Virus record (IMG/VR): IMGVR_UViG_3300037991_001323
Coordinates: 1-41,652 of that record
Length of the DNA: 41,652 nucleotides
Strand: one strand, 5' to 3'
Origin: a virus
Taxonomy: Duplodnaviria > Caudoviricetes
A program made the position numbers and the translations under genes. The notes under the pieces are model-generated. The model ran no database searches. It worked only from the letters and a program-made list of their open reading frames with translations, and was not told where the DNA came from. Positions 10,119-18,663 of the stretch are shown in pieces (positions within the stretch are counted from its first letter, which is position 1; every line of letters begins with the position of its first letter).

Positions 10119-10490
10119 TTATTCAAAAGAGTGTTTCCAGTCTTCATTAGTATTACCTAACGGAGTGCCATGATCTACAGCTTGATCGTAAGAGCTAGTC
10201 TCATCCGGCATAGGAATACTAGTCTGTGCAGGATCAGTAAGAGGCTTATCCAACGCAGTGTCATCAACAAAGTTAAACGAGAGCTTTCTCACTTTCTTCG
10301 CTTTCTTGCCTTTCAGTGATGGGTGCTCAAACATTTGCTTTACCTCCCACGCTTGTAGGTTGTACTTCTCTTTGATACCGTTACGGTCAATGCCGTTGTC
10401 CAAGTCCTCTAGTATCATAGATACTGTGATGGTCTGTGGAGTTTCATTTTGCGTAGCCTCGCCAGGGTTCTGTGTTCTTGCTTCAATCAT
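10119..10490 (-). CDS. Hypothetical protein with HTH-like segment
   Basis: LDNGIDRNGIKEKYNL...VKQMF is helix-turn-helix-like. Confidence 0.6.
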   Translation of the reverse strand: MIEARTQNPGEATQNETPQTITVSMILEDLDNGIDRNGIKEKYNLQAWEVKQMFEHPSLKGKKAKKVRKLSFNFVDDTALDKPLTDPAQTSIPMPDETSSYDQAVDHGTPLGNTNEDWKHSFE

Positions 10491-10510
10491 TTTTTTTCGT
10501 TTTAAAGCAG

Positions 10511-11209
10511 TTAATCAATAAATATATTTGACCATTGTAAAGGCATGGTCTGACCTTTTAAGTGATCGCATCTGCTACCTGCAGTTACATCTTCTAGAGA
10601 GTTGAACGAGACCATAGTCTTGTCGTCTTCTCTGTAGACATAGCCCACAGCATCTGCATTTGCGCATGTAATCTGTTTGATTTTGCCTGTCAAGTCCAAG
10701 TCTTTGACTGCAACCTCTTTGCCTTTCTTCTCAAGCATCTTGTCTTTTAGGTGACCGACAAGGATGACGTGATCTGCTAGCAAGTTTAGTCTATCAATCC
10801 ACTTCTTGTATGCCATACGCAAGTACAAATAGCCTGCGCCGTTAGGCAATGCAAGCACAGACATACCAGGATTCTTAGTCTCAAAGTTCTTACCCATAGG
10901 TGTAGCCATGTACAACTTCTTTGCATCTTCCTCACACCACTCTTCTAGCTTTGAGATAGTGTCGATAGCAACATACTTGTACGGCTTGCCCTCTTTGATA
11001 ATAGCTTTGCCAACCTCACCAAGCTCTTTCAAACTGTTGACCTTGACTTTTAGTGCATCGACCATGTCAGAGCCTGCCTCTAGATCGATAATCAAGCAGT
11101 CTTTGAGCTGCGATAGTACTGTTGTCTTGCCGATCTTTGGTGGACCGTAGATAATCATGTTCTTTGGCGATTTACGGCTCGCCTTAACCACTGTTTTTGG
11201 TAGTTCCAT
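10511..11209 (-). CDS. Sak4-like AAA_24 ATPase (single-strand annealing recombinase)
   Basis: Walker A YGPPKIGKTT, IIDLEAGS, Walker B VAIDTIS, and GAGY; adjacent to SSB. Confidence 0.85.
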   Translation of the reverse strand: MELPKTVVKASRKSPKNMIIYGPPKIGKTTVLSQLKDCLIIDLEAGSDMVDALKVKVNSLKELGEVGKAIIKEGKPYKYVAIDTISKLEEWCEEDAKKLYMATPMGKNFETKNPGMSVLALPNGAGYLYLRMAYKKWIDRLNLLADHVILVGHLKDKMLEKKGKEVAVKDLDLTGKIKQITCANADAVGYVYREDDKTMVSFNSLEDVTAGSRCDHLKGQTMPLQWSNIFID

Positions 11210-11211
11210 AG

Positions 11212-12066
11212 TTAAAAAATGTAACGGATTTTATTCCAAGGGATTATTTTATCGTGTAACTCTATAAACTCGGCTATAAACTGACGTTTTAGCTCGTGAT
11301 TATATCTAATATTCTTACCTCCATACTCAGAGTTCTTATCCTCTTGTATGTCTGGCGTCCACAATGTGACTTCTGCATCAGGATGTTTGCCAAGGTTTAC
11401 AATATGCTTCTTGAAATTGTGTGTCAAGAATATAACCTCTGCAAATACCTGCTCCTTCCATCTAACATTGTCATCAATAAGACTAAATAGTTCTGCATAG
11501 TCATCTAGCCAACCGTCATATACAATGACAGGACTAAAGTTTATGTGAACATCATAGCCCGCATCTACAAATCTGTTGATAGCTTGTATTCTATCTATGA
11601 TTGTAGATGTGTTCTTCTCGTGTACATCAGCCATTTTCTGTGGCATCAAACTGTACCTGATACGGACCTTGAACTGCGGATTGTAGCTCAGGAATGTATC
11701 ATTTACATACTTAGTAGCAAAACTTGCCATAGCAATAGGATGGTCTCTGAAAAACTCAAAGATCTTTTCCCACTCGTGGTATTTTGCATGCAGTGCAAAG
11801 TCCTCGTTGCAACTAATGTCATAAGTAGTAAATCTAGGATGTGTCTGATTCGGCTTGTCTACAGGAGTAAAGAAGGCGTGATTGTTAATCTCTGTAAGAA
11901 TGTCGTTAGTGTTTGTAGCAACTGATAAACCATCAGGTCTATGTCGTTTCATGTAACAATAACTGCAGTCAAACAGACAACCATAGCCAAAGCTAGGACT
12001 AATAAAGTCAGTAGACCTACCAGAGGGTCTGACAATAAAAGTCTTTCGCAAGACTTTGTCTATCAC
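11212..12066 (-). CDS. splB: Spore photoproduct lyase-like radical SAM enzyme
   Basis: CxxxCxxC motif (GCLFDCSYCYM), second Cys motif YDISCNED, FATKY, RIRYSL, and RIQAINRFVDAGYDVHINFSP. Confidence 0.85.
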   Translation of the reverse strand: MIDKVLRKTFIVRPSGRSTDFISPSFGYGCLFDCSYCYMKRHRPDGLSVATNTNDILTEINNHAFFTPVDKPNQTHPRFTTYDISCNEDFALHAKYHEWEKIFEFFRDHPIAMASFATKYVNDTFLSYNPQFKVRIRYSLMPQKMADVHEKNTSTIIDRIQAINRFVDAGYDVHINFSPVIVYDGWLDDYAELFSLIDDNVRWKEQVFAEVIFLTHNFKKHIVNLGKHPDAEVTLWTPDIQEDKNSEYGGKNIRYNHELKRQFIAEFIELHDKIIPWNKIRYIF

Positions 12067-13013
12067 GTACGTTCTTTGATTGTAAATGTGCTCATGTCTG
12101 CCTCGTAGCCAATCATGCCTAGCAAACCATCACGGTTCTTCTCGACATGCACAGCTAGCAAACCTCTAGGATCCTCGTTGCAGTATGATTCTGTAATACC
12201 GTACAGGTCGTAAGGCCTGTTAAGTATCATAACCACATGCGCATCCTGACCAATACTGTCACCACCGAACAAGTCAGTTAGTAACGGTTGGTATTGGTTT
12301 TTAGCACGGTGCTCTTGCTCGATGTTACGATTTAGCTGCGACAACAATATGTTGATTGTGCCTAGCTTTGACTGCAGCCACATGCAGCCTTTGGAAATCG
12401 TGTTCAAGCGTTTCAGTTCTGTGTCCTCATTACCTCTAACAAGACGAGAGTGGTCAAACAAGTTGATCACAGTGTCGTTAGGGTGCTTGTTAAACACTTC
12501 CTCATTAGTATTCATAATAAACTCCATAGTACGAGGCACATTGTTGAAGTATATAGGATAGTTCCCATACTTCTGTACCTTCTTTGCATACGTCTTGAAG
12601 TCTACATCAGAGAGTGGTGTGTCTACAGATAGTAGTTGACCAATCTCTTTTCTTACATCTTTCGATGCGCTACGCATTACCTGCTGGTAACCTGGCATCT
12701 CGAAAGTCCAATATAATACTCTAATGTTCTTGTCAGGGTTAGTGTCAAGTACGTCAAATATTAGTTGGTTGCTAAACGCAGACTTACCCACACCGGGGCG
12801 GCCTGCAACTACATAAAGCTTGCCTTTTTGCAATCCACCTAGTAGGTTTCTGTTAAGACGTTTCCACGACGTAGGCAATACGTCACGCTGACCGAGCTTA
12901 GCTTGTTTAACAATTACGATAGATTGTTTAACAGCTTTGTCGATACGCTGGAAACCTCTGTCTGCAAATACGTCAGAGCTTTCTTGTAATTCTGGTTTCT
13001 GATTCTGTTCCAT
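12063..13013 (-). CDS. dnaB: DnaB-like SF4 replicative helicase (RecA-like domain only)
   Basis: Motifs AGRPGVGKS, FEM, LSQLNR, IGQDAH and KNRDG. Confidence 0.92.
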   Translation of the reverse strand: MEQNQKPELQESSDVFADRGFQRIDKAVKQSIVIVKQAKLGQRDVLPTSWKRLNRNLLGGLQKGKLYVVAGRPGVGKSAFSNQLIFDVLDTNPDKNIRVLYWTFEMPGYQQVMRSASKDVRKEIGQLLSVDTPLSDVDFKTYAKKVQKYGNYPIYFNNVPRTMEFIMNTNEEVFNKHPNDTVINLFDHSRLVRGNEDTELKRLNTISKGCMWLQSKLGTINILLSQLNRNIEQEHRAKNQYQPLLTDLFGGDSIGQDAHVVMILNRPYDLYGITESYCNEDPRGLLAVHVEKNRDGLLGMIGYEADMSTFTIKERT

Positions 13014-13521
13014 GTGTGCTGTCTATGTTGGTATACTTTTCCCAAGTATGGTTGTTAATCCATACCTCTAGGTTTTGCAAATATTCTAGACGCCCTCTCT
13101 CTACCTTAAGTTGCACGTCAAGCAGTTTCATAATCTTATCATGTATAAAACGCTTGTTGCCTACAACTTTACGGTATCTGTCTTTTGCACGTTTGTTTGC
13201 CTTTGCGTTAGGATCTGCAGCATGCAATACACGCACACCACTTTTAGTCTGTACCTTCATAGGGTACCTACCTAGCAACTCTACAAACATTTGATCAAAG
13301 TCTGATGAGAACAAGTCTATAAATTTTTGTCTAACAATATGCTCTTGCATACTTTCTCCGAGCTTAACAAAACCTTTGTCTTGCAAATCGTCCCAGTTAG
13401 GTGACAGATTTAGTCTACTCATGATTTTGTAGCCCTTTCTGTACAACGCATACAATGCAAGATAATCGTCTGCACTGATGTCGTTATCCAGAAGTAAATT
13501 GATGTCAATTTCTATTTGCAT
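12973..13521 (-). CDS. Putative replication initiator / helicase loader
   Basis: Immediately upstream of DnaB. N-terminal winged-helix-like part and C-terminal YP...A..RY...WINNHTWE resemble phage replisome organisers. Confidence 0.5.
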   Translation of the reverse strand: MQIEIDINLLLDNDISADDYLALYALYRKGYKIMSRLNLSPNWDDLQDKGFVKLGESMQEHIVRQKFIDLFSSDFDQMFVELLGRYPMKVQTKSGVRVLHAADPNAKANKRAKDRYRKVVGNKRFIHDKIMKLLDVQLKVERGRLEYLQNLEVWINNHTWEKYTNIDSTHGTESETRITRKL

Positions 13522-13529
13522 AAGCTATA

Positions 13530-13559
13530 CAATTTACGAAAAACATACCTGATTACCAA
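13530..13559 (-). promoter_or_regulatory. Bacteroidota-type promoter (-33/-7) for the initiator-DnaB operon
   Basis: - strand TTG-N20-TAAATTG, 8 nt before ATG 13521. Confidence 0.6.
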
Positions 13560-13563
13560 GCAT

Positions 13564-14760
13564 TTAGCTCGGTAACCACGTAATATTCTTCAGTCCTTTA
13601 ACACTACTTTTTAGCCACTTTTCTTCTTGGCTATCCTTGACATACAGTATGTATATCTTACCTTTCTTGTCTTCCTGGAAACGTATCAAACGACCGATAC
13701 GCTGTATCATAGGTAGAGCTTTGCTGGTAAGGCCACATACTACACCAACTGATGCATCTGGTACATCTAGACCTTGGTTAAGAGCTTTTGTAGAGCACAA
13801 TACATTCTTGACTCCGTCTTTAAACTCTTTTAGTGCATTCTCACGTTGCTTTTTAGTTTTACCACTGTGGTATGCAACGCTAAAAGGTTGTGTAGCGTCA
13901 CAGAGCTCGTCTGTAAAAGCATTAGCACCACCAAACACAAGCATCTTGCTATCCAAGTTCTGTATCACAAGCTTTTGTAGTTGTGCTACTTTGTTAGATG
14001 CAAAGTCTACTACCTTCTTACGCTCTCTAATACATGCGTAGAATCTAGCAGCTGCTTGTTTGTCTTGTGGTGTAGCATTCTTGTTAGCCATGATAGCTTT
14101 GGCAGCATCAAATGCACCAAACTGACCTAGCTTGTACTTCCAATACACAAACTTGTTATTGATTGCTTTGTACTCTTTCTGCTCCTCATCTGTAAGCTTG
14201 ATAGGTACACAAACAATATCATACGGCGATACTAGGCCCATAGCTACACACTGATCTAGAGATATTTTGTACACTGTAGGTGCAATGTTAAACAAATGCA
14301 ACTTGTACTCGTTCTCTTCTGGCAATGTAGCAGTCATACATAGTATTCTATCGTATGTATTATTCTCAAAGAACTTACGATACTCAGGTGACAAGCCAAG
14401 GTGTACCTCATCACATATAACAATATTGTAATGATTGTCTTTTAGCTTGTATGCAGATTGATAACAGACAAAGTCTATCAAATCAACTACATCTTCGTAA
14501 CCCCATTTAGAGAACTCTTCTTCGAATTGATCCCTAAGCTGAACAGTAGGCACAAGTACAATACCTCTGCCTTCACCGTCTTCACTGTGGTGGTCTCGCA
14601 GAGTTTTACCTGCTGCAAGCACACCACATCTAGACTTACCAAAGCCTGTACCAGCAATAATGCTGCCTACAAACCCTGCCTTAGCCCACATGTTAAGAGC
14701 GTGTCTCTGTTCAGTGTCTTTTATCTTGTTTACTTGGGACATTGTCATTTGCATTTCCAC
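13564..14760 (-). CDS. SF2 DExH helicase (XPB/UvsW-like)
   Basis: Motifs GTGFGKS, DEVH, MTAT, LNQGLDVP and QRIGRLIR. Confidence 0.92.
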   Translation of the reverse strand: MEMQMTMSQVNKIKDTEQRHALNMWAKAGFVGSIIAGTGFGKSRCGVLAAGKTLRDHHSEDGEGRGIVLVPTVQLRDQFEEEFSKWGYEDVVDLIDFVCYQSAYKLKDNHYNIVICDEVHLGLSPEYRKFFENNTYDRILCMTATLPEENEYKLHLFNIAPTVYKISLDQCVAMGLVSPYDIVCVPIKLTDEEQKEYKAINNKFVYWKYKLGQFGAFDAAKAIMANKNATPQDKQAAARFYACIRERKKVVDFASNKVAQLQKLVIQNLDSKMLVFGGANAFTDELCDATQPFSVAYHSGKTKKQRENALKEFKDGVKNVLCSTKALNQGLDVPDASVGVVCGLTSKALPMIQRIGRLIRFQEDKKGKIYILYVKDSQEEKWLKSSVKGLKNITWLPS

Positions 14761-15008
14761 ATATTTACAGTGCGGTTAGTTGCAGCATCATAGTGACTAC
14801 CTGCAGGTATAACTAAGCCTTTGTTTCTAAGCTCTGTTATTCTGCCTGTAATCCTGTTGATGTCCCAGTCAAGATGTTTAGCAAGCTGTCTGTTTGTAGC
14901 CTTGCCTAGCTCTTCCTTGAGCGCATGCAATACTTGAGACTGTCTCTTGCTAATTACTCCCTCGTCAACTAGCTGTTGATACGAGGCAATAGATTTTTCG
15001 TTTACCAT
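14745..15008 (-). CDS. Winged-helix DNA-binding protein
   Basis: ATNRQLAKHL...INRITGRITELRNKGLV. Start placed at MVNEK (15008). Confidence 0.75.
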   Translation of the reverse strand: MVNEKSIASYQQLVDEGVISKRQSQVLHALKEELGKATNRQLAKHLDWDINRITGRITELRNKGLVIPAGSHYDAATNRTVNMWKCK

Positions 15009-15033
15009 AATGTTAGGTTTTAAGTTAAATAAA

Positions 15034-15168
15034 TTATTGTTCTGCTCTACGTTCTGTCCAACGTGAGTACATTTTAGCCGCCCAAGCATTACGTTGTTGC
15101 TTATTCGGATAAATCTTTCTTAGTCTTGCTTTTGCAATCCGTAGAAACTGGCTCATCTTGCTTTCCAT
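15034..15168 (-). CDS. Small basic protein (44 aa), not in ORF track
   Basis: Manual translation MESKMSQFLRIAKARLRKIYPNKQQRNAWAAKMYSRWTERRAEQ*; fills the gap in the operon. Confidence 0.6.
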   Translation of the reverse strand: MESKMSQFLRIAKARLRKIYPNKQQRNAWAAKMYSRWTERRAEQ

Positions 15169-15301
15169 AACTAAATTCTAGATTGTAGCACGAGATGTGT
15201 CTAGCTAGCTTTTCTTTAAGCCAAGGCATTGACGATTCTGCATGCAGGTGGTTATATAATTCTTCTAATTCTTCTGTGGTTAGGTCTATAAAATGTCTCA
15301 T
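15101..15301 (-). CDS. Hypothetical protein
   Basis: 66 aa, ATGA-coupled to the upstream 59-aa ORF. Confidence 0.55.
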   Translation of the reverse strand: MRHFIDLTTEELEELYNHLHAESSMPWLKEKLARHISCYNLEFSYGKQDEPVSTDCKSKTKKDLSE

Positions 15302-15477
15302 AAGTCGATTTGTTTACGCATTTCTGAAACAGTAAGTAAATCATGTAGTCTAGAAGTAATTTTTTCTAAGTCTACAGGGTCTACAGGTTTGTTACCAACT
15401 TTTTGCTGGTTTACAAGGGCTACCCAAACCATTCTGGCTTGTTCGTAAGTTAGTGTTAGGTGGATGTCTTCGTACAT
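15298..15477 (-). CDS. Small hypothetical protein (59 aa), not in ORF track
   Basis: MYEDIHLTLTYEQARMVWVALVNQQKVGNKPVDPVDLEKITSRLHDLLTVSEMRKQIDL*; A-rich leader and ATGA overlap with the next gene. Confidence 0.7.
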   Translation of the reverse strand: MYEDIHLTLTYEQARMVWVALVNQQKVGNKPVDPVDLEKITSRLHDLLTVSEMRKQIDL

Positions 15478-15498
15478 TTGTTTTTGTTTTTAAAAGTT

Positions 15499-15560
15499 AA
15501 AGGGGAGGCTCCGCTGAACAACCAATTTACTTGTTAAATTAATAAATTCACCTCCCCTTT
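15499..15560 (-). other. Large-loop stem (AAAGGGGAGG/CCTCCCCTTT) in intergenic space; terminator or small RNA
   Basis: 10-bp perfect inverted repeat enclosing a ~40-nt loop that contains AAATTGGTTG. Confidence 0.55.
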
Positions 15561-15563
15561 GTA

Positions 15564-15839
15564 TCATTGTTCAAATTCTCTTTCTAGTATGTCCTGAGCT
15601 ATCTCGTCTTCGTCAACAATGCCAGCTTCGTGCAAGAATGGTAGTACATCTACCTCTATTTCGTTGCCTTCTCTGTCTTTTAACGTTACCCAAACTTTGT
15701 ATACCTCTACTGAAGGTGGTATACCTGGAGTTCCTGGGTCGCCGTTAGAGTCATACCATCGTTGTGGTTCTCCTGGGTCTAAGTCACAGTCTACTGTGCC
15801 TACCCATTCTTCTGAAAATTCTATGTCTCTTGTAGCCAT
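15564..15839 (-). CDS. Acidic hypothetical protein
   Basis: 91 aa, very acidic, contains GDPGTPGIPP. Confidence 0.7.
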   Translation of the reverse strand: MATRDIEFSEEWVGTVDCDLDPGEPQRWYDSNGDPGTPGIPPSVEVYKVWVTLKDREGNEIEVDVLPFLHEAGIVDEDEIAQDILEREFEQ

Positions 15840-16243
15840 ACGGTTGTGTTTTTTAATGTTTCTAGTTCTTGTTCTAATACACGTACACGCTCAGTAAGAG
15901 CGATAATAATATCTCTGCTGTCTGCAGTCTTCAACAGTTTGTCGTCTTTAACAGCTGCCTCACACACACTGTAATACTCACGGTAGTTTTTGTCAATGTC
16001 CATAAGATCTTGATGCTTTTTCTCAGCATGTAGTACAGTAGCGTGGTCTTTGTTGAAATATCTACCAGTTCCTACAAGTGTTAGTCCTAGTGTTTTACGT
16101 ATTAACACCATAGCAACTCTACGAGCTTCTACTACAGGTGTAAACCTAGAACTACCTATCATATCTTCTATAGATATTCCTGTAGGTTTAGATACAGCTT
16201 GCATAATCCTATGCACTCTGTGCTTTTCATCTATTTTTCCCAT
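15821..16243 (-). CDS. Stand-alone DnaA domain IV (Bac_DnaA_C-like HTH) protein
   Basis: GISIEDMIGSSR...VVEARRVAMVLIRKTLGLTLVGTGRYFNKDHATVLHA matches the DnaA C-terminal signature R..AMY...IG..F.RDHTTV.HA. Confidence 0.85.
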   Translation of the reverse strand: MGKIDEKHRVHRIMQAVSKPTGISIEDMIGSSRFTPVVEARRVAMVLIRKTLGLTLVGTGRYFNKDHATVLHAEKKHQDLMDIDKNYREYYSVCEAAVKDDKLLKTADSRDIIIALTERVRVLEQELETLKNTTVWLQET

Positions 16244-18120
16244 GATTTGCTAATGTTTGTGTCTGCTTTTAGCAAACCGTTTGTTACTATACCAATTGCT
16301 GCCTGCTCCATAAGAGAGGTCATTACGTCTTTCCACTGATCTGCATACTCGTTAGTACAAATTGTATCGATCTGATCGTGCACAGTCATAACTATCTTGA
16401 CAGGCACGTTAAACTCACGTATGTAGTCACGAATAAGTATCAGTGCTTTCTTAGTCATGTCTGCAGAAGCCCCTTGAATAGGTGTGTTCTTAGACGCACG
16501 CTCGATAGAACCTAGTTCCATAACGTCTGATCTGCTGTCACGAATTCTAGCATACCATTTTGGGAACCATCGTCTACGATTGTACGGTGGGAAAGTTTTG
16601 ATATACCCGTAGGTCTTACCAAAGTTACCTAGCTTATCTAAGAATCCACCTATTGCAGGGAATGCATCGAAATACTTATCAATAAGTTTCTCAGCATCCT
16701 TCGTACTAATGTCGAGTGTATCAGCGAGTTTGTGTGGGCCCATGCCATAGGCAAGACCAAAGTTTATCGTCTTTACATTAGTACGTAGTTTCTTGTGCTT
16801 AGGACAATTGCACTTACCTTTAGCTACGAGGTAGTTACAATCATCCTCTGCACTATTTATCCACTCTTCACCGTATACAAGCTCTGCACATACACTGTGC
16901 AAGTCTTGCCTTTCTTGTAGTGCTTTGATCCATACAGGATCTTTACTACCAAAAGCTATGACATTCAACTCTTGCGAACTATAGTCTGAGGATACAAAAC
17001 ACCACCCATCAGGTGCGGTAAAACAGTTTCTAAATGAATTATCTGCAGGTATCTGTTGCATGTTAGGTTTACTACTAGCAACACGACCTGTGTCTAGAAT
17101 CTGACTAAAGCTCGTATGTATTTTATTGTCACACGATACAAACTTGAAGAAGTCGTTACCATACGAGGTAGCGAGTTTCATTTTTTCTTTGTACTTAACA
17201 TACAAATCTATCATAGGATACTTGCGTCTGTACTTAAACATCTGCTTGCCATTGACATTCTCAAGATCTGGTACATACTTTTGGAACACCTTCAACACTT
17301 GTGTTGGTGATGTCCACTTGATGTCAACCTTTCTAATATCTTCTACAGGCATAAACAAGTCTCCTTGTACAGCGTCAAGTATAAACTCAGAGAACAGTGG
17401 GTCACGTAGTAGCATATCGTCTAGTTTGTCCCGCATTTCTACGGCCTCTTTCTCGCTATGCTTAGCTATGTTCTCCCATGCATCTCTGTCAATCTGCAGA
17501 CCATTGAATTCTATGTCTGCAAATGCAAGAACTGCCTCGTTCTCAAGATCAACTACACTCTGTAGTTTGTACTGATCAATCATAGGTAACTGTTTGTTCC
17601 TAATCTGACACAAGTACTCGACATCTTTAGCACCGTAGACAATCTGATCGTCACGAAATGCTTGGCCTGTCAAACCTATAAATTGATTTCTTACTTCCTT
17701 ATTTAGTTCTACACCTAGATGCCTCTCACATAAATGCAAAAGACCGTAGCGTAGTTCTTGACCACAGGTAACAACTTTCTCTACTAGGAAAGTGTCGTAG
17801 ACATTAGCACACTCTATGTATGCCCACATCTTAATAAACTTGTAGTCGAATTTAGCATTGTGAAATATCTTGATGATGTCTTTTGACTCAAGTATATCAC
17901 GAAGAGGTTCAATGCTTACACCTCTCGTGTCTATTACAAACTGCTGATCTTCATCACCAATCTGGAACATGATCATTTTCTTACAGGTGAAGTCAAAGCC
18001 TTCAGTCTCTGTATCTACGCCAAGAACTTTCTTGGTCTTACAATATTTAACAACATCATCAATGGTTCCTTGCTTGAAGGAATCACTGATAGATGTAGTA
18101 TTACTCACGAATGTTATCAT
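16231..18120 (-). CDS. polA: Family A DNA polymerase with 3'-5' exonuclease
   Basis: ExoI DTETEG, ExoII HNAKFD, ExoIII YGAKDV; TGRVAS..PNMQQIP; motif A DYSSQEL, motif B KTINFGLAYG, motif C VHDQI. Confidence 0.97.
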   Translation of the reverse strand: MITFVSNTTSISDSFKQGTIDDVVKYCKTKKVLGVDTETEGFDFTCKKMIMFQIGDEDQQFVIDTRGVSIEPLRDILESKDIIKIFHNAKFDYKFIKMWAYIECANVYDTFLVEKVVTCGQELRYGLLHLCERHLGVELNKEVRNQFIGLTGQAFRDDQIVYGAKDVEYLCQIRNKQLPMIDQYKLQSVVDLENEAVLAFADIEFNGLQIDRDAWENIAKHSEKEAVEMRDKLDDMLLRDPLFSEFILDAVQGDLFMPVEDIRKVDIKWTSPTQVLKVFQKYVPDLENVNGKQMFKYRRKYPMIDLYVKYKEKMKLATSYGNDFFKFVSCDNKIHTSFSQILDTGRVASSKPNMQQIPADNSFRNCFTAPDGWCFVSSDYSSQELNVIAFGSKDPVWIKALQERQDLHSVCAELVYGEEWINSAEDDCNYLVAKGKCNCPKHKKLRTNVKTINFGLAYGMGPHKLADTLDISTKDAEKLIDKYFDAFPAIGGFLDKLGNFGKTYGYIKTFPPYNRRRWFPKWYARIRDSRSDVMELGSIERASKNTPIQGASADMTKKALILIRDYIREFNVPVKIVMTVHDQIDTICTNEYADQWKDVMTSLMEQAAIGIVTNGLLKADTNISKSWEK

Positions 18121-18302
18121 TTTTCTGGGTTTAGTAGTCCTTCTACAGTAGCAATGTACTCAGCACTGCTGTTTATAGTTAGCACTTCACCCTTGTGGAC
18201 ATATTCACGTACGCCTTCGAGCCTTGCAAGCTCGTAAGCCAATTTAAATTCTTTATACTCGCCACTTTGTATAGTTTGGTAGAGTTCTTTCATCTTTGCC
18301 AT
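18117..18302 (-). CDS. Hypothetical protein
   Basis: 61 aa, ATGA-coupled to the polymerase. Confidence 0.7.
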   Translation of the reverse strand: MAKMKELYQTIQSGEYKEFKLAYELARLEGVREYVHKGEVLTINSSAEYIATVEGLLNPEK

Positions 18303-18310
18303 AATAAATA

Positions 18311-18337
18311 AGAAAGGAAAGGGTGCCGAAGCACCCT
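18311..18337 (-). terminator. Intrinsic terminator with cUUCGg tetraloop
   Basis: - strand AGGGTGC-TTCG-GCACCCT followed by TTCCTTTCTT. Confidence 0.75.
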
Positions 18338-18371
18338 AACCTATCTATCACCTAAAACATAACCTCCATGG

Positions 18372-18554
18372 TTATTTTTTTACTGTCTTCTTACCTTTAC
18401 TTGCAGGACGACCACGACGTTTTGCTGTAGTTGTCTTTGGTTTCGTTGAGGTTGCCACCAAGTCAATGATGATAGAAGATTCAGTTACTGTCACGTTGTG
18501 ACTAGTGTGTACTGTTACAGACGTCTTGCCTGTGTTGATGATTACATTACTCAT
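18372..18554 (-). CDS. Small basic protein with AT-hook motif
   Basis: C-terminal KRRGRPASKGKK; flanked by its own promoter and terminator. Confidence 0.7.
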   Translation of the reverse strand: MSNVIINTGKTSVTVHTSHNVTVTESSIIIDLVATSTKPKTTTAKRRGRPASKGKKTVKK

Positions 18555-18602
18555 AATCAGATAATTAGATAAAAATGTTAATAATTAGATTACATTTGTG
18601 AA

Positions 18603-18633
18603 CAAATATAAATAAAATAGATATGACACACAA
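18603..18633 (-). promoter_or_regulatory. Bacteroidota promoter (TTG-N20-TATATTTG)
   Basis: TTG at 18633-18631 and TATATTTG at 18610-18603. Confidence 0.7.
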
Positions 18634-18645
18634 GTGCCATACCTA
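18613..18645 (-). terminator. Intrinsic terminator
   Basis: - strand TAGGTATGGCAC-TTGT-GTGTCATATCTA-TTTT; G-U pairs fix the strand. Confidence 0.7.
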
Positions 18646-18663
18646 AATTATTTACAATAAATG

